DNA of 32,000 bases from positions 1 to 32,000 of the forward strand of contig NZ_MPKA01000056.1 in the NCBI RefSeq assembly GCF_001945605.1. Reading direction: 5' to 3'. The notes beneath the pieces were generated by a model, which worked only from the letters and a program-made list of their open reading frames with translations, was not told where the DNA came from and did not search any database. The stretch is from Dubosiella newyorkensis. Lineage in GTDB: Bacteria > Bacillota_I > Bacilli_A > Erysipelotrichales > Erysipelotrichaceae. This document shows, one piece after another, positions 31,039-32,000 of this stretch (position 1 is its first letter; the number at the start of each line of letters is the position of its first letter). A program made the position numbers and the translations under genes.

Positions 31039-32000
31039 CTATTTTTCCATTTTTTCCGTGCGATGGGCCATAGCCCGGCTCATTTTTTTCTTTCTGGTGA
31101 CTCTTTTCATTTCGACGGGTTTTGCTTTTACCGGCTCGTCCTTTGAAGATGTTTCTTCAAGATCGCAAACTCCTTTTTTCGGGATCGCGAACACGATATC
31201 CGGATAAGCGTTTTTATAATCTTCCCAGCGCACTTTATGGACCCAAATATTTCCGCCTTTTCCATTGAACATGACGTTTCCTTCGGAGATCCATAAATAT
31301 TCTCCATCAAAGGCTTCCACGAAGCCTACATGTCCATATTGTGGCATGAGCGTATTCCGTTCCATACTGAATGTCGCGCCAGCCGCTGGCGTGCTGCTTA
31401 ATTCAAACTTGTCCGAATGGGCTCGCACGATCTCGATCGCATTCGTCTTTCCATTTCCACGCGCGCCACTATCAAAACCATACACTTGATGGAAGCGTGC
31501 CCAAGCGAACCACGTGCATTGACCGACCATGAACGGATTCCCATTGCCTAAAAAATCATTGAGATTGCTCGTCATAAAATCGTCGAGCTTCATCGCCTTC
31601 TTCAAATTTCCGGCATACCCTTTCGCAAGCAGATCGGTAGGATGATACCATGTATTCTTTTCATACGAGATCGTAGGCTTCGTCTCTTGCGGTTTGTTGA
31701 CATCTACTTTCTCAGAAGGCAAAACACTCGTTTGTTTATTCGAATCCACGACCGGCTTCATTTCCTCTGGCTTGATCGTTTCCTCCGGTTTGACCGTTTC
31801 TTCCGGTTTGATCGTTTCTTCCGGCTTTATTTCTTCTTCTGGCCTATCTGGCTTTTCCTCGCCCTCTTCTTGTCCTGGCTCTTCTTCAGGCGTTTCTGGC
31901 TTTTCAGGCGTGGATGGCGTTTCTGGGGATATAGGAACGCTTGGCTCCTGAACATCTCCTTTCGTTGAAGGAGGCGTCGTTGTTTCTGTGCTTGTTGTCG
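31039..32000 (-). CDS. CHAP-domain cell-wall hydrolase/amidase with a Pro/Glu/Lys/Thr-rich repeat linker; 5' end outside the window
   Basis: CHAP catalytic motifs GQCTWFAWARF (Cys) and GHVGFVE (His). I translated the frame upstream of the track's Met (31761) by hand. It stays open to position 32000, encoding (KPEETI)n and PE-rich sequence. Confidence 0.75.
   Translation of the reverse strand, partial: TTSTETTTPPSTKGDVQEPSVPISPETPSTPEKPETPEEEPGQEEGEEKPDRPEEEIKPEETIKPEETVKPEETIKPEEMKPVVDSNKQTSVLPSEKVDVNKPQETKPTISYEKNTWYHPTDLLAKGYAGNLKKAMKLDDFMTSNLNDFLGNGNPFMVGQCTWFAWARFHQVYGFDSGARGNGKTNAIEIVRAHSDKFELSSTPAAGATFSMERNTLMPQYGHVGFVEAFDGEYLWISEGNVMFNGKGGNIWVHKVRWEDYKNAYPDIVFAIPKKGVCDLEETSSKDEPVKAKPVEMKRVTRKKKMSRAMAHRTEKMEK
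31762..31851. repeat. 18-bp tandem coding repeat (about 4-5 units) encoding KPEE(T/I)(I/V)
   Basis: Units are ttcctctggcttgatcgt, ttcctccggtttgaccgt, ttcttccggtttgatcgt and ttcttccggctttatttc, followed by a degenerate unit. Confidence 0.8.

Noticed and set aside
1-32000. CRISPR arrays, transposases, integrases, restriction-modification, toxin-antitoxin or known anti-phage defence gene sets
   Set aside because: I saw no spaced direct-repeat arrays. Every ORF above about 100 aa is accounted for by the housekeeping, metabolic or unassigned hypothetical products listed in features. None shows nuclease/ATPase/NTPase combinations typical of defence systems.

Overview
This is a gene-dense 32-kb chromosomal segment whose gene content and signals look like a low-GC Gram-positive (Bacillota/Firmicutes-type) genome. 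Supporting signals are a lipobox lipoprotein, a CIRCE operator, an L20-leader-like attenuator upstream of infC, GGAGG-type ribosome-binding sites and many intrinsic terminators. I can support about 31 CDS and one tRNA.

From left to right the window holds:
- a P1/DmpA-type aminopeptidase
- an oppABCDF-type peptide ABC transporter
- a tail-less SSB paralogue
- a GH1 6-phospho-beta-glucosidase followed by a DeoR regulator
- a RumA/RlmD-family rRNA methyltransferase
- htpG
- a GNAT acetyltransferase
- a tightly coupled operon of deoC, a class I PMI-like gene, an RmlD-like reductase and a C_GCAxxG_C_C gene
- an orphan GT14-like protein
- a hyper-acidic DUF2812-like membrane protein
- an M29 aminopeptidase
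- a feoA-feoA-feoB-Cys-rich-peptide operon
- tex
- an AEC-family transporter
- a divergent type IA topoisomerase
- infC-rpmI-rplT
- tRNA-Lys(CTT)
- a CHAP-domain hydrolase that runs off the right edge

I found no CRISPR array, integrase, transposase, toxin-antitoxin pair or recognisable defence module. I therefore cannot honestly claim a discrete novel multi-gene system here.

The most unusual observations are:
1. Nested over-representation of GATC, CGATCG and GCGATCGC (HIP1-like), restricted to coding DNA.
2. A 50-bp perfect palindrome overlapping the feo promoter.
3. A thrice-repeated 13-15-bp motif in the ssb/GH1 intergenic region.
4. A CIRCE element in front of htpG.
5. A non-AUG (ATC) infC start behind an attenuator leader.
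6. Several atypical proteins: the acidic DUF2812 protein, the divergent topoisomerase and the unusual sugar operon.

All counts are hand counts, and all homology calls come from motif recognition by eye, not from searches.
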